Positions 24,976-37,947 of a DNA stretch of 40,627 bases are shown here, one piece after another. Position 1 is the first letter of the stretch. Each line of letters starts with the position of its first letter. The position numbers and the translations under genes are program-made. Origin of the DNA: Octopus bimaculoides (taxonomy: Eukaryota); assembly GCF_001194135.2 (NCBI RefSeq), contig NC_068986.1, positions 57,966,168-58,006,794 of the forward strand. The letters run 5' to 3'. The notes under the pieces were generated by a model, which did no database searches, was not told the origin of the DNA, and saw nothing but the letters and a program-made list of their open reading frames with translations.

Positions 24976-26980
24976 TTTCTGTGTCATTAATTGAATTATA
25001 TTTGTTCAATCGCGAATCTAATTATATTAAGGCTTACTTTTTTTATATTTAGGAGGCTGAGAGGTTGGGATAAGGGCTATAGATTCAACACAGGAAGAAA
25101 GGGTGTAGCACAAATTTTTTTTTTTTTTGGGGGGGGGGAGGATAATTCCGAGGTTAACGGAGAGAAAAAGAAAGGGAATCTGGTCCAAATATTTGTATCA
25201 GAGTAGAATCTACTAAATGTGTCCAAGGATTGAGAGGTAGTGCTAAACAATGCGACCAGACTAGTTTACGTCCAATGAATAAAAAATGTGCAAGTAATCT
25301 AATCCGATGAGCTTCTGCATAGTTTCTGGTTACCAAATTTCACCAAAACGGCTTCTATCAATCCAAGGCTATGGTAGAAGCTAAGTGTGTAATATCACCA
25401 GACGTTAAACAATGTGAAAACATTCTTAACGAAACGGGCTGCTGATGAGTAAACTGTTTCGAGAGGCCCCAGTTTGAAAAAAAAATGTAAGGACATAATT
25501 TTTCATGATCTTTACATTAATTGAATCAAACACTTATCAATCAATGTAAGAGCATTAGGTGTATGCTTAATTTTGTTTTTCGTGTGATGTTCCTTAGCAG
25601 AAAAGATGTTGGCTGAGAGGATTTTTTTTAAGATCTAAAGTTTGTTAATCAACATATGGAAATCATTAGCAATATTGCCATTTCCGGATACTAATGTTAC
25701 ACAATCGTATCTTACAGCTTTGAAAGATATATATTCTAAATGCTTTTCTTTTAATTAATTTCTTCCTCTTCCGAAAAGAAAAAATCATGAAAAATAAAAT
25801 AGCATGAATTATTAATATTTTCACTTTAATGACATATTTTAAGTTTTAACGGGAAAAGGGAAAATTCCCTTAACGTTAAGCAGGAAATATTTCGCTCGTA
25901 TTTAATCATATTGCTTAATGTAATATAATCAATTCGTTATATTCTTAATTAATGAAAGAAACGCTTCCATGGGAAGAACTGTTAAGTACTTTGCTAATTT
26001 TTTCTTTCTAATTTCAATAACAATTAATTTTCTTATTAATTGCACAATCTCGTAACGTATACGAGGCAAAAGCTTTGTTCATATATAAAAGATTTTAGTC
26101 ATTAGAAAGCAGCCATGATGGAGCAATACTTTCAAGAGTCTTTAGTCAAATATATGAAATCCAATATTTATTAGTCTAGTACACAAGTTATTGAATCCAT
26201 TAATCGAGCATCTAAATTACTTTTAACAGTGAAGAGGCATCTAAAAACACCTTTTTTGCACTTATACACGCATACACATACATACAATGTACTTCTTTGT
26301 ATTTTCGCTCACTCCCAAAGAAGTCGAGACTACAGTAAAAATAATTGTATAAGGTGGAGCCTACAGGTGATTATACCTTGTATGCAGAAAAGTCACCCAT
26401 ATAATATCCGCAATAATATCAATAGACAAAAAGAGAACTTAAATTTTAGAAATTTATAAAACAAAATTAAATTGAAAAGTTATAAGTAATAAAATATGGG
26501 ATGAGAGATAAAAAGAATGAAGAGAATAGGCCAAAACACTGAGAAGTAGAAAAACAAATCTAGAAAACAGTGTGACACACAGAAAGGTTTGGAGAAACAA
26601 GCAGAAACTAAAAACAGGAAGCTATATACCGCTTTTTATTTGTGCGTGAAATTCTCAAGGCAGTGTATTATCACCACCACCACCACCACTATTACTTGAG
26701 TCTTAAATTGTCAGGCATCTCCATGATAGAATATTTCGCTCTACGCACACGCAACAGAGATTTATATATTATGGTTTCATATTTCCTCAATTGTTTATAA
26801 TTTATTCAAGTTGAGTTGAATACATTCTTAACACTAAGACATGCCCCAATAGCGTCATGCTGCTTTCAACATCGTGTGAAGGAAAGAGATGATACTGTCG
26901 AAAAATACCTAAATCACGGTGATGTCAAATCAACTACTAATGATAAAGAAAAATTCCCGCAGTGTAACTTGTACACATAT

Positions 26981-26991
26981 CAGATAGATAA

Positions 26992-27076
<85 letters not shown>

Positions 27077-27105
27077 AAGACAGATAGACAGAAAGCCAGA
27101 CAGAC

Positions 27106-27154
<49 letters not shown>
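26981..27154. repeat. (GATA)n/(GACA)n compound microsatellite
   Basis: Direct reading. Confidence 0.95.
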
Positions 27155-27155
<1 letters not shown>

Positions 27156-29439
27156 GAATTCTAAATAAATAGATGAATAAATACATATATGTTAACTAAA
27201 CTATGAAACGTCAGTCAGACAGAAACAGTGGCTGCATTTTTTTAATGTAAATTTAGGAGTCGAATTTTTCCACTAACCAGAAAAAATTATAATTAAAAAA
27301 TAAATCAATCATTAAATCAATTTATTAAATTAAATGAAAATCGATTCAATATTCTTTTTTTCTTTTTTTCTTTCCATTCTTTATTTTCGACTGAAACTAC
27401 GAAAGTTTAGTGGGTGGAAATAGAGAGATTTCAGCTGTTTATACGAATTAGGCGATTTCAATCACGCTTGGATGGAAGGCACGTGCAAAGTTGTTGCTGG
27501 CAGTTCTTATGGGGGTATAAAATTAAGTTGTGCTTCTTAAGTAAGCGCTCATCCATAGCATATTTTCGACAGCAGTACAAACAGGTTCATAAAAGCAATA
27601 GGACTTGAAATAAATAAATGAATAAGTATATAAACAATAAAATAAAAACCACATGCATGAGAATGTATGCATACATACACCATGCACAGAGTACTATTAT
27701 TTGTATTACACGCATCATAAAATATACATGCATGCACACACACACACACACACACACATAATTTAAGAACCGTTTCGTATATATTCCATGATGAAGTTCA
27801 GAAAAAATTTGATGGGCGGAGTTTGATAAGAATTAGTACCATATTTCTTTCTCAGTATATTTTTTAAATAACTATAATCTTCTATACAAATGAGATTATC
27901 AAAGACAAAAAACGAAGAAAGAAAGAAAGAAAGAAAGAAAGAACAGTTTTGCAAACTACAGTCATCATAGATTCTGGATAGTAAATATCAGTTACTCAAG
28001 TCAACGAGAGCGACTAATTATCCATCAGACCAAACCCTATCTAGGAAAAGTGCAATGGATAATGTAATCCCCCAAAATACCCTGCGTGGTCATAGCTGGA
28101 ACGCCTTTGGTTATAGGTCTATAGGACTTGGGTTACGTGAGCTTAAGAGCAACAAGAATTATAATTTTTGTCCATATACCAAATAAGTAGAAAATAAACA
28201 AATCTCTACCAGTCACTAGATAGAGTGCAATGTGCAAATTAATAAGCAGTAGCTTATCAAATATCCTTTATACTAGATCTTTCCAGCTGAGCCTATTGAA
28301 AGTCAATATGATCCCGAAGGTATTACAGTCAATCTCAAATGAACACCCCATCCTTTCAGTTATTTAGGTAGACATTCCAGTCTTCTGTTTAGTGTATATT
28401 GTGTATCCAATACTAGCCAATGCATTCTCCACTTTTCTCTATAAAAGACGACAGAGTACGGTTTGAAGAAAATGTGGTTGCATTATCTAGCGGGCTAAGT
28501 AGTTGGTCCCTTATTCGCTTGTCTACTGCTTCTTGTTGCCATTTTTAAACATAAGATTAGATCTGATCTAAGAGATCTATGATCAAAAGACGTTCCAAAT
28601 ATTATCTAGATTTACTGTATATTCAATGTGTATTTCCATTTGTTTTAAATGGATGTACACAATGGATTCGAGGGAGATGTACCTGTTATATTGGAGAGAA
28701 CAAATAACAACAATCAGAATCCCTTTACTGACTATTCCAGTTGACTATTCTTATGGCTCATACTATGATGTAAAAAGAAAAATTACTATTCATGCTTTGA
28801 AAAAAATATGAGAAAGAAAAAGAAGCAAATTCTAGAGAATTGAATAATTTGGAACTAGTTTCGTTCCCACTTGGCAGTACTATTTCCCCATCACTCATAG
28901 TGCCCAAGCACTCAAGTGAGGCATAAATACTACAATGTTTTACTTTGTTCACTCACTCGAGTTACAAGACTGTACTCGGTCGCTCAACCAGCCAAACTAT
29001 CCTGAAGTCCCATAGCCCTAGATATACTGTGTCTGAATAAAAGAAGGTATGAGTGCGTTTGAAAATAGCTCTGTTAAATCAGAACTTACATGTGACTACA
29101 TAACATCATCAAAAACAAGAAGTGACAGGAAAGTTCATGAACACAGCTATTTCTTCTAAAGTAGAAATCCTACAATAGTAACAACAAAAGAAGCTATATG
29201 AGTGTATTAAGATAACCGGACTTGTTTGCGTGGTACTTCGCATCATTTTATGTGGTTGAACCCTCCATTTGGGGGAACCCTTTCTTCTTATTATTTTGTT
29301 GTCCTATAATGTCATTATCTATCATCACTGTCTTTATTGCTTTGCACTTTTTCATGTTCGTTATTTCTTTTGTATTACGTCTTTGTACTACCCAGAACGA
29401 CTTGGGTCCTTGTGGATAATAAATGAAGTTATTTTCATG

Positions 29440-29444
<5 letters not shown>

Positions 29445-29497
<53 letters not shown>
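29445..29497. repeat. (AGT)n microsatellite
   Basis: Direct reading. Confidence 0.95.
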
Positions 29498-29764
29498 TGA
29501 GGGTATTCTACAAATCCAAAAATTCACTTGTCCTTTCTTTTGAATAATTTTCATCACAAAGGCAGATTGTTTCACTCCCCGCTCCCCTACTTTCACTACT
29601 ATCACATATTACTGCCCCTCGCCGCAACCACATCTACTGTCAACCCGACATCTCGACAGCTCCATTTCAATACCGAAGTGATATTCAGATGCAAACTGAG
29701 AGAAGAAAAAGATAATATATGCAACCAAAGGGATAGAGACCAAAGTGCGATGGGAGGAAGATGC

Positions 29765-29798
<34 letters not shown>

Positions 29799-32044
29799 GT
29801 AAATGTTAATCAGATTAAGATATTGTTTACATAACAGCATGATATCCATCACTTTCTCTCACTCTTTCTCATTCTCTTGCATTTATTTATTTATTTATTC
29901 ATTTATTACAAACAGAAATAAAATATCAGAAGAAAAGGAGTGACGTACAAAGCCCATGGCTAAAAGGAGACTAGAGTAAATTCTTTTCTTTTTTTTTTCC
30001 AGGGCGATACAGCTAACCTTCACGGTCCAATGCGATCAGATTCCGGTAATTCCCAGCTAACTCATCGAACAAATTGATATGACAACAAAGACCAGCATGA
30101 AAGTAGCGCGCGTGCGTACGTGTATATGTGTGTTTGTGTGTGTGTGTGTGTGTGTGCGCGCGCATGCGCATATATACAAGATAGATGATGTCCCAGAGAA
30201 AGAAGATGTGCAAAAAGACAAAGAAAGAAGTTAGCGTTAATATTATAAATAATGAGCAAGAGCGTAATATAGTAGGAAGAGAGAATGATCTGATGAAGAA
30301 AACGTACAAGTGGATTGTGACAGACGATTTAATTTGCTTATAAAGTGCTTAAAAGAAAAGAAAAAGGTAAAAATGGAACAGCTTTAGTTTGTGTTTATCA
30401 AGTGCTATGAATTCCGTCTGAATTATGAGTAATTCAATGTCATTGTAGCGAATAAGATTAAGTAACAGACAATAACGCAGAGAAAAGAATAACAAAAAAA
30501 AAATGGAGAAAACATGGTGGAAATTGTACAATTCCCGTAACTAACTACCATTAATAAATAAAGCTTGTAGCCCTTGCATTGTTGTCGTTCGGTTCTTGTT
30601 CAAATCACCCCCTATCGAATTAAAATGAAGGATGCATTCAAGCAATGGTATTCTAACTCGCCGATAGCGAAACTTTTTAGTCCGGCATGCCGATATATAA
30701 ATTTCTTTAATAATTCTGTCAATGAACTATCACTAGCGTTTTGTATTTATGTTTTAGGTCAATGTTAATATATAAGAATTGTTATAACATGATATTGCAA
30801 GACGATTCATTTTCATGGTCCATTGCATGTCACCTATGAATCCGTGATATATCGCTGCTGTCGTGCGTACCTTAGGTTTCCCCCACTGTCCCAGGTACAC
30901 AAAAGTATTTAATGGTTGTGTCCAGAGTTCGTTTATTCATAAGTCTGCTCCACCAGGGTTGACATGAGCCTAAACAACAAGAATTGGGTCATTCCGAGTC
31001 AAATATGCTATATTCTTAATATTAGCGCCCTTTTATTTTTCTGGTTCTTTTTCTTAACTACATTTGGAACGGATAATGAAAACAGGGCTACTGATCAACT
31101 GAAGAGAAATGGAGAGGGGGAAGGTATTTCTTTCAACCAATTACATGAAGAGATATCGTGGTGAAACCTAAGAATAAATTACAATCTATCAAAACTAAAA
31201 TCTGATAAACCGCATTGCGACATCACTAAGGCTTACTCGTCTTTTATCTTCTCCGTGGCACCCTGCACCAACTTTTACTGCCAATGCCAAGAGAGATGTC
31301 TTAATAACTTAGATGTTTTCCCATCTCAGTTGTGCTTTAACACTTAAAGCAAGTGTATTTTAAGGAGGAAAATTTGAATGCTATTTTTAGCTGGTCAAAG
31401 AGCCGTGTAGAGGCGCTTATATATAATTTTATTAAACCATTTGATATTTTATTGGTGATGTTCGTTTGAGGCTTGGGTATCTTTATATTGACTTATATGG
31501 TATGCTTGGGATTCTCTCGTCAATTAGTTTTACTGTTTAATCACAGTGGATTGAAGGGAGAAACTTAGCTTCAAACCACTGAACGAACCCAAATGCTTAC
31601 AAAAGAGTGGACTCTGTTCAAGACACCCTAAAGTCCAGCCGGTGGTGTTAAATCGGGCGACGGCTTAAGTCTGCCGTTATAAGCTGCTATTCTTCTAACC
31701 ATTAACGAACTGAAATGTGCGCGCGTGCGTGTGTGTGTATGTGTGTGTAAGTCTATGTATGTTTATGAATAAGAGTGTGTTAATAGATAATTGGGGTTTT
31801 TTTATGTCCATTCTTTTATAACTTGTCAATGGTACATACTTATTCATGAAGTCACTTGTATATAAGCACAGTAAAGTCTGTACAATTCTGTTGCAAGCTA
31901 GAAATAAGTAACTTAACTGCTCGTGTGTGTGTGTGAGCGGAAGCGTAAAATTAATGATATATATATATATCAGAAGTATACGTGTGTATGCATGTGTATA
32001 TGTACTTATGTATCTAAGATTAGCATGCTCACGACGATTTATTA

Positions 32045-32047
<3 letters not shown>

Positions 32048-32107
<60 letters not shown>
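32048..32107. repeat. (AGT)n microsatellite
   Basis: Direct reading. Confidence 0.95.
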
Positions 32108-32108
<1 letters not shown>

Positions 32109-32486
32109 ATATACTTTAGTATTAAAATAGAAAAAAAGATGTAAAACAAGCGGGTCAAATTAGGCATTGACCCATAACTAGCTGGCACACTTTACGAATG
32201 AAAACACCTAACAACTATAAAGAAAGCTAATATTACAAGATACTAAATAAATAAATACAAATTTCCGAAGCTTAAACCCAACCTGCGCCTCCCAACACAT
32301 CCATAAAACCAAGCATACTTACACACACTAGCATGCATAAACACAAACACACACACACACACGCACACAAATTGTAACATTTTCTTTCTTTCTTTCGCTG
32401 TACATGTTTCTTCCAAACAACAAGCTACGCCAAGTCTTTCAACACAAACAATACATATACTTATTCTTAAAGAAAAAATATTTACA

Positions 32487-32490
<4 letters not shown>

Positions 32491-32520
<30 letters not shown>

Positions 32521-32782
32521 NNNNNNNNNNNNNNNNNNNNNNNNNNNNNNNNNNNNNNNNNNNNNNNNNNNNNNNNNNNNNNNNNNNNNNNNNNNNNNNN
32601 NNNNNNNNNNNNNNNNNNNNNNNNNNNNNNNNNNNNNNNNNNNNNNNNNNNNNNNNNNNNNNNNNNNNNNNNNNNNNNNNNNNNNNNNNNNNNNNNNNNN
32701 NNNNNNNNNNNNNNNNNNNNNNNNNNNNNNNNNNNNNNNNNNNNNNNNNNNNNNNNNNNNNNNNNNNNNNNNNNNNNNNNNN

Positions 32783-32843
<61 letters not shown>
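32491..32843. repeat. (TG)n microsatellite spanning an N gap (32521-32781)
   Basis: Direct reading. Confidence 0.9.
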
Positions 32844-32845
<2 letters not shown>

Positions 32846-32859
32846 ATGAGTGTGAGTAT

Positions 32860-33020
32860 AGGATGGCTGGATACTTAAGAAGTTAATTTCGCAACCACGT
32901 AGCTTCGGGTTAAGTACCATGGCATAGAACTCGGGCAATTGATTTTTACCATTACCCTAGACTGGCCAATACTTGTGAATGACTTTGGTAGAGGGGAAAA
33001 TGCACAGAAGCCCGTCTTAC
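32860..33020 (+). mobile_element. Second octopus SINE family, degenerate copy
   Basis: ttaagaagtt...caaccacgtagcttcgggtt...gactttggtagagg...agaagcccgtc, recognised from memory as an octopus SINE. Confidence 0.55.
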
Positions 33021-33304
33021 AGACACAAAGATACAGATTAAATTATATACCTGGTGTCAAATGCAAGATTGATTAGGCCTTAGCACACTGCATTTTCTCA
33101 AGAATTGTTTCCTCTGCCTCTCCTCTGTTAATACAAGGGAGAAAACTCATACGGTGACATGATGCACCTACAGTATACAAAAGGTTAAAATTGTTTGATG
33201 TTATTGTCAAAGAGTTTTGATTGAAGAAAATCCAGATGCCGATTTTGAGATATACTAAGATTATTTATAAAAGCTTCCAGTATGTCACAGCTACGCATTC
33301 ATAC

Positions 33305-33670
33305 GCAGTACCTGGCTGGTACTTTATTTTATCGATTTCGAATGGATAAAATTTGGCTTCGACAGTATTTGAACGCAAAGGACGGGAATTAAATACAACA
33401 TAATTTTGTTCGACGCTCTAACTGCTTTGCCAATCAAACTGCTACTAATAGTTTCTAATTAAGTCACAGGTCCAACAATTTTTGAAAGGATGGAGTTTAG
33501 TCGATCACAACACATCGTTCCCAGTATTTGGCTGCTATTGTATTCTAGTGACCTCAAAAGAATGAAAGACAAGTTGATTTCTTGGGATGTGAAAATAGGA
33601 CTTAAATCACCGTAATATTAAACCGTAAAACATTTTGATCGACGCTTTAGCAGTTCTGTCAAGTCACTAC
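33305..33670 (-). mobile_element. Two tandem degenerate SINE copies
   Basis: Repeated ctggtactttattttatcga...tttgaacgc...ttttgttcgacgctctaac and agtcgatcac...ttttgatcgacgctttagcagttctg motifs. Confidence 0.55.
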
Positions 33671-34599
33671 TCCTGAAATTCCTAATAATAGCAAGGTGTA
33701 TGAATGAAGAGAAGAAGGGGAGAGAAGAGGCGAAAAGAGAGATTAAATGAGTGTAAGCATGTGTATGGTGGTATACATACTATGGCTATGTGCAGGCATT
33801 GAAGATATATGCTTGTCGCCACGAGGGAATATATATTTAGGCGCCTTATATTGAAGAAACAAGAACCAAGTCTCTCTCAAATCAAGTACCACTCTCCTAA
33901 GCAAAAGTTGCAATATGCTAACGGGGGTAACGCTATACGGTCACTCGAATCGTAGAAATAGCCACTACTCGCTGAAGAACACCGCCGTCTTAAAAGATAA
34001 TGCATTCAATAATTTAAGATAAGACCACATTATATTTGAGAATGAAATAGGAACGTCTGATCATTCGTTTTCCCGATGGGAGATATCTTGAGCTAAACAA
34101 CACCAGCAAGGGACACAAGTAGTTGAAATTAGCCATAAAATAAAGGTTTATGCTTTTGACTATGGGTTAGCTCAATCAAGGAGCTAAACAACAACAATAA
34201 TTACCTCAACGCGCGCGCGCAAATGTGTGTGTGTGCGTGTGTAAACAGATAAAGGAAAACGTCAATAAGAAAACATTCACACGCGCGCAAGAGAGAGAGA
34301 AAATCAGAAAGAAAAACAAAGGAAGCACTATTTGATGACAAACGTAAACAAGATGAGACTATTTAGTTAAAAGATATAAACGAGTAAAGGAAAGCAAATC
34401 AGTAACAAGATAGCAGAAGATATGAAGATGGGTGAGAGAAAGTGAGAATGGAATGATAAAAACTGAGGTGGTAGCAGTAATATAGGAGTGGGAGGGGGAG
34501 AAGGAGACGGGGAAATAAAATCTCCTGGCACGTGCGGGCTTTAAATTTCAAACTGGAGAGAAAGGGTTATGATCTTTTCTCATCTCATCTCATCCCATT

Positions 34600-34603
34600 C
34601 TCT

Positions 34604-34674
<71 letters not shown>

Positions 34675-34819
34675 TCTGTCTTTTACTATCTATCTATCAG
34701 TTTGTCTACGATAGAGGTAGATAGATCTATTACTATCGTATTAAGATAAAGCACTTTCATCAGTCCTGCTGTTTGTCCCCTTGTTTTATCAGGTGACAGA
34801 AAACATTTGGGTTGGTAAC

Positions 34820-34862
<43 letters not shown>
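34600..34862. repeat. (CT)n tract (34600-34671) and (AG)n tract (34822-34862)
   Basis: Direct reading. Confidence 0.9.
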
Positions 34863-34870
<8 letters not shown>

Positions 34871-35552
34871 GGACTAGCATAAGCAGAACAAGGAAAAAAT
34901 TCCATTATAATATTAACCTGATTTTTCTTTTGTTTCTTTTTTGTTTTTTAATTTCTTTCATATTAATAATATCAAGCAGCTGAGGAGAGAGTTATCTGAT
35001 AAACATTTGCGGAGTGCATCATAATACACAGACACACAAATATGGTGGTGGAGGAGATCCCTTGAACAGATATAACATTGAGAAAACATGACGAAATATG
35101 GTAGACTTGAGCTGGCAAACTCATACGAAGACACTAGATGTGGCTGTTTCATTTGTATAGTATTTATTGTATAGCGGACGGTGTTTTCTTTGCATTCCAG
35201 TCAGATCAATGTATCCAAATATTTTTCTAAAAGATAACACAATTGACTCTCTCCATTTTCACTCCATCAACACTGTCATCTATTACACGTCGAGAACAAT
35301 ACAAAATTGTTTTGCTTGATAATTTCTCCCACATCACTCCACCGAAAGATCAATAAACTCAACCATTTAAAGCCAAAGAAAATTCATTCTTAAACTACCT
35401 TAAGTCGATTTCTCCCAAATATGTTTAACAAAACAGCTATAATAAAGTTTACAACTGGGGCATGTAATCATAGACAAACGCTGGTGATTTAGTTAAGCAA
35501 GTGGCTCATCTAAAATCGACATGCACCGGTCCGTAAAGCAAACACGTGAAAG

Positions 35553-35602
35553 TGCAGTAATCTATAAAGATGCAGTAATCTATATGCAGTAATCTATAAA
35601 GA
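35553..35602. repeat. Three tandem copies of tgcagtaatctata(aaga)
   Basis: tgcagtaatctataaaga / tgcagtaatctata / tgcagtaatctataaaga. Confidence 0.9.
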
Positions 35603-36194
35603 TTCATACTTCTGTTACTGTTTCTTTAAGCTTCAAAAGATTCTTGATCATCATCTGTCTTGGCCATTTAAAATAAAATTCAAAAAATGAACCAAAAGCC
35701 CGCCATTTAATTGTATTTCGTTTCTATGGGTGTAATGTACTCCATCTTACACGTGACGGAAGACTGTTCAGAAACTTTTTGTTCAAACATTCGTGAAAGG
35801 AAATCAGCAACCCGTACATAAAAGTGTCTTGTTTTTACTAGCAATTATAACACCAAACTCAATGTTTATTCTTGTCTTAACTCATTGAAACTCTCTCACG
35901 TAGTCTCTGTTGCAAATTCTTAGCTTTAAGTAGAAGTCAATGGAAAGTTTTCCATGAATTTAATATTGTTCATTCAACATTTACTTAAACTTGTGAATCT
36001 GGGTCAGTGTATGTGTGTGTCTATGTGTGTTTGCCGTTTTACGCACTCTAGGAAGAGTACTCAATATATGTTACAGAGTATGTTCAATTTGTTGTCACCT
36101 GATGGATCGTATCGAGAAAATCTCTCTACTTCTCTTCACCTCTCTCTTTCATTCGATGTGCAAAGAAGCATTGGGCATTGAAGTAATTTCCCTT

Positions 36195-36762
36195 NNNNNN
36201 NNNNNNNNNNNNNNNNNNNNNNNNNNNNNNNNNNNNNNNNNNNNNNNNNNNNNNNNNNNNNNNNNNNNNNNNNNNNNNNNNNNNNNNNNNNNNNNNNNNN
36301 NNNNNNNNNNNNNNNNNNNNNNNNNNNNNNNNNNNNNNNNNNNNNNNNNNNNNNNNNNNNNNNNNNNNNNNNNNNNNNNNNNNNNNNNNNNNNNNNNNNN
36401 NNNNNNNNNNNNNNNNNNNNNNNNNNNNNNNNNNNNNNNNNNNNNNNNNNNNNNNNNNNNNNNNNNNNNNNNNNNNNNNNNNNNNNNNNNNNNNNNNNNN
36501 NNNNNNNNNNNNNNNNNNNNNNNNNNNNNNNNNNNNNNNNNNNNNNNNNNNNNNNNNNNNNNNNNNNNNNNNNNNNNNNNNNNNNNNNNNNNNNNNNNNN
36601 NNNNNNNNNNNNNNNNNNNNNNNNNNNNNNNNNNNNNNNNNNNNNNNNNNNNNNNNNNNNNNNNNNNNNNNNNNNNNNNNNNNNNNNNNNNNNNNNNNNN
36701 NNNNNNNNNNNNNNNNNNNNNNNNNNNNNNNNNNNNNNNNNNNNNNNNNNNNNNNNNNNNNN
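36195..36762. other. Assembly gap that truncates the Pax exon (other gaps: 14469-14525, 32521-32781, 38427-38879)
   Basis: Runs of N. Confidence 0.99.
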
Positions 36763-36863
36763 TCTGCGACTGTGCAATTCCAGGATTTGGAGCTTCGACT
36801 TGAAGCGAAGGACTTGATTGAGGTTGGCCTTTCGCCTTTTCTGCTGCTCGATTTCGGACTATT
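36763..36863 (-). CDS. Pax2/5/8: Pax2/5/8 exon encoding the C-terminal end of the paired domain; 3' end lost in the N gap
   Basis: Acceptor tttttcgatttttctag|A ATA GTC CGA AAT CGA GCA GCA GAA AAG GCG AAA gives (R)IVRNRAAEKAKGQPQSSPSLQVEAPNPGIAQSQ. This matches the invertebrate Pax2/5/8 ending SSINR|IVRNKAAEKAK (Drosophila shaven/D-Pax2, from memory), including the phase-2 intron in the Arg codon. Confidence 0.88.
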
Positions 36864-37013
36864 CTAGAAAAATCGAAAAATTACATACATTATACATAAA
36901 TATATAAACGTTCACGCGCACACACAAATAGGCGGTTACCGCCCGATTAAGATCAAAGAAATGTCTTACATGCAGAAGCCTTATCAAGAAGAAACACGCA
37001 CACACGCACACGC

Positions 37014-37052
<39 letters not shown>

Positions 37053-37544
37053 CGCGCGTGACCCCCGAAATTTCATATTTTACAAGAATTCAAAGGGATG
37101 AAATACTAAGTCAAATACAGTAAGAACTGCCGTAAAGGATCACATAAAACATTTTGTCTAATGTCCAAGCAATTCTGCCAATTCACCACTTTTAACTAGG
37201 CAGGATAAATTAAATATGACTATTCTTCAAACTAATTATTATTCTATATTTTCTTAAGACATTACCTTAAAAAAAAAATTTCTGCTGTCAATGAATCAAC
37301 AAAGTGTTTACTAGAACTAAGTAAATAAACAACTCCAAAACAACAAGTGAAAGGGAATACTAAGAGACAGACGAAGCAGCAAAAGAAATCTACTCTCGGC
37401 AGATGAAAAGAAATATCTTTTCTTTTAATCCTTCACAAAAAACAGCAGGAAGTAATCTTGTTAGAAGTAAAAACTGCCTAAAATATAGCAATCTCATCTG
37501 ATAATGTAAAAGTTATACCGGGGTAATTTTTGACTCTTTGCTTA

Positions 37545-37947
<403 letters not shown>

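Larger units (their letters stand above)
214..36863 (-). other. Pax2/5/8: Pax2/5/8 gene, partial (five exons in window; the paired-box exons lie beyond the right edge and the 3' exons beyond the left edge)
   Basis: The paired-domain tail IVRNRAAEKAK is followed by four downstream GT-AG exons whose phases chain 2-1, 1-0, 0-1, 1-1 into one ORF: xPASPGTVTAVPNGHTDVENRTDAQNDQ(Q)MIYSPEHH...NYSPPVVNSGG...LTELKPVQSYPQQRLPSFGQFT. The link between the 36.8 kb exon and the rest is inferred because of the gap. Confidence 0.8.

Noticed and set aside
28070-28093. Minus-strand MTTQGILG, resembling the octapeptide YTINGILG
   Set aside because: There is no pyrimidine-rich acceptor upstream and no GT donor before the in-frame stop. 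The context PKSYRPIT looks more like a decayed LINE RT fragment or chance.
29560-29698. Very strong acceptor (atctttttcttctctcag) before a GC-rich island
   Set aside because: There is no convincing donor before stops in the readable frames and no protein resemblance. It might be regulatory, but nothing specific supports that.
32152-32173. GGGTCAA-N8-TTGACCC inverted repeat
   Set aside because: The spacing does not fit standard nuclear-receptor elements, and a 7-bp stem is expected by chance.
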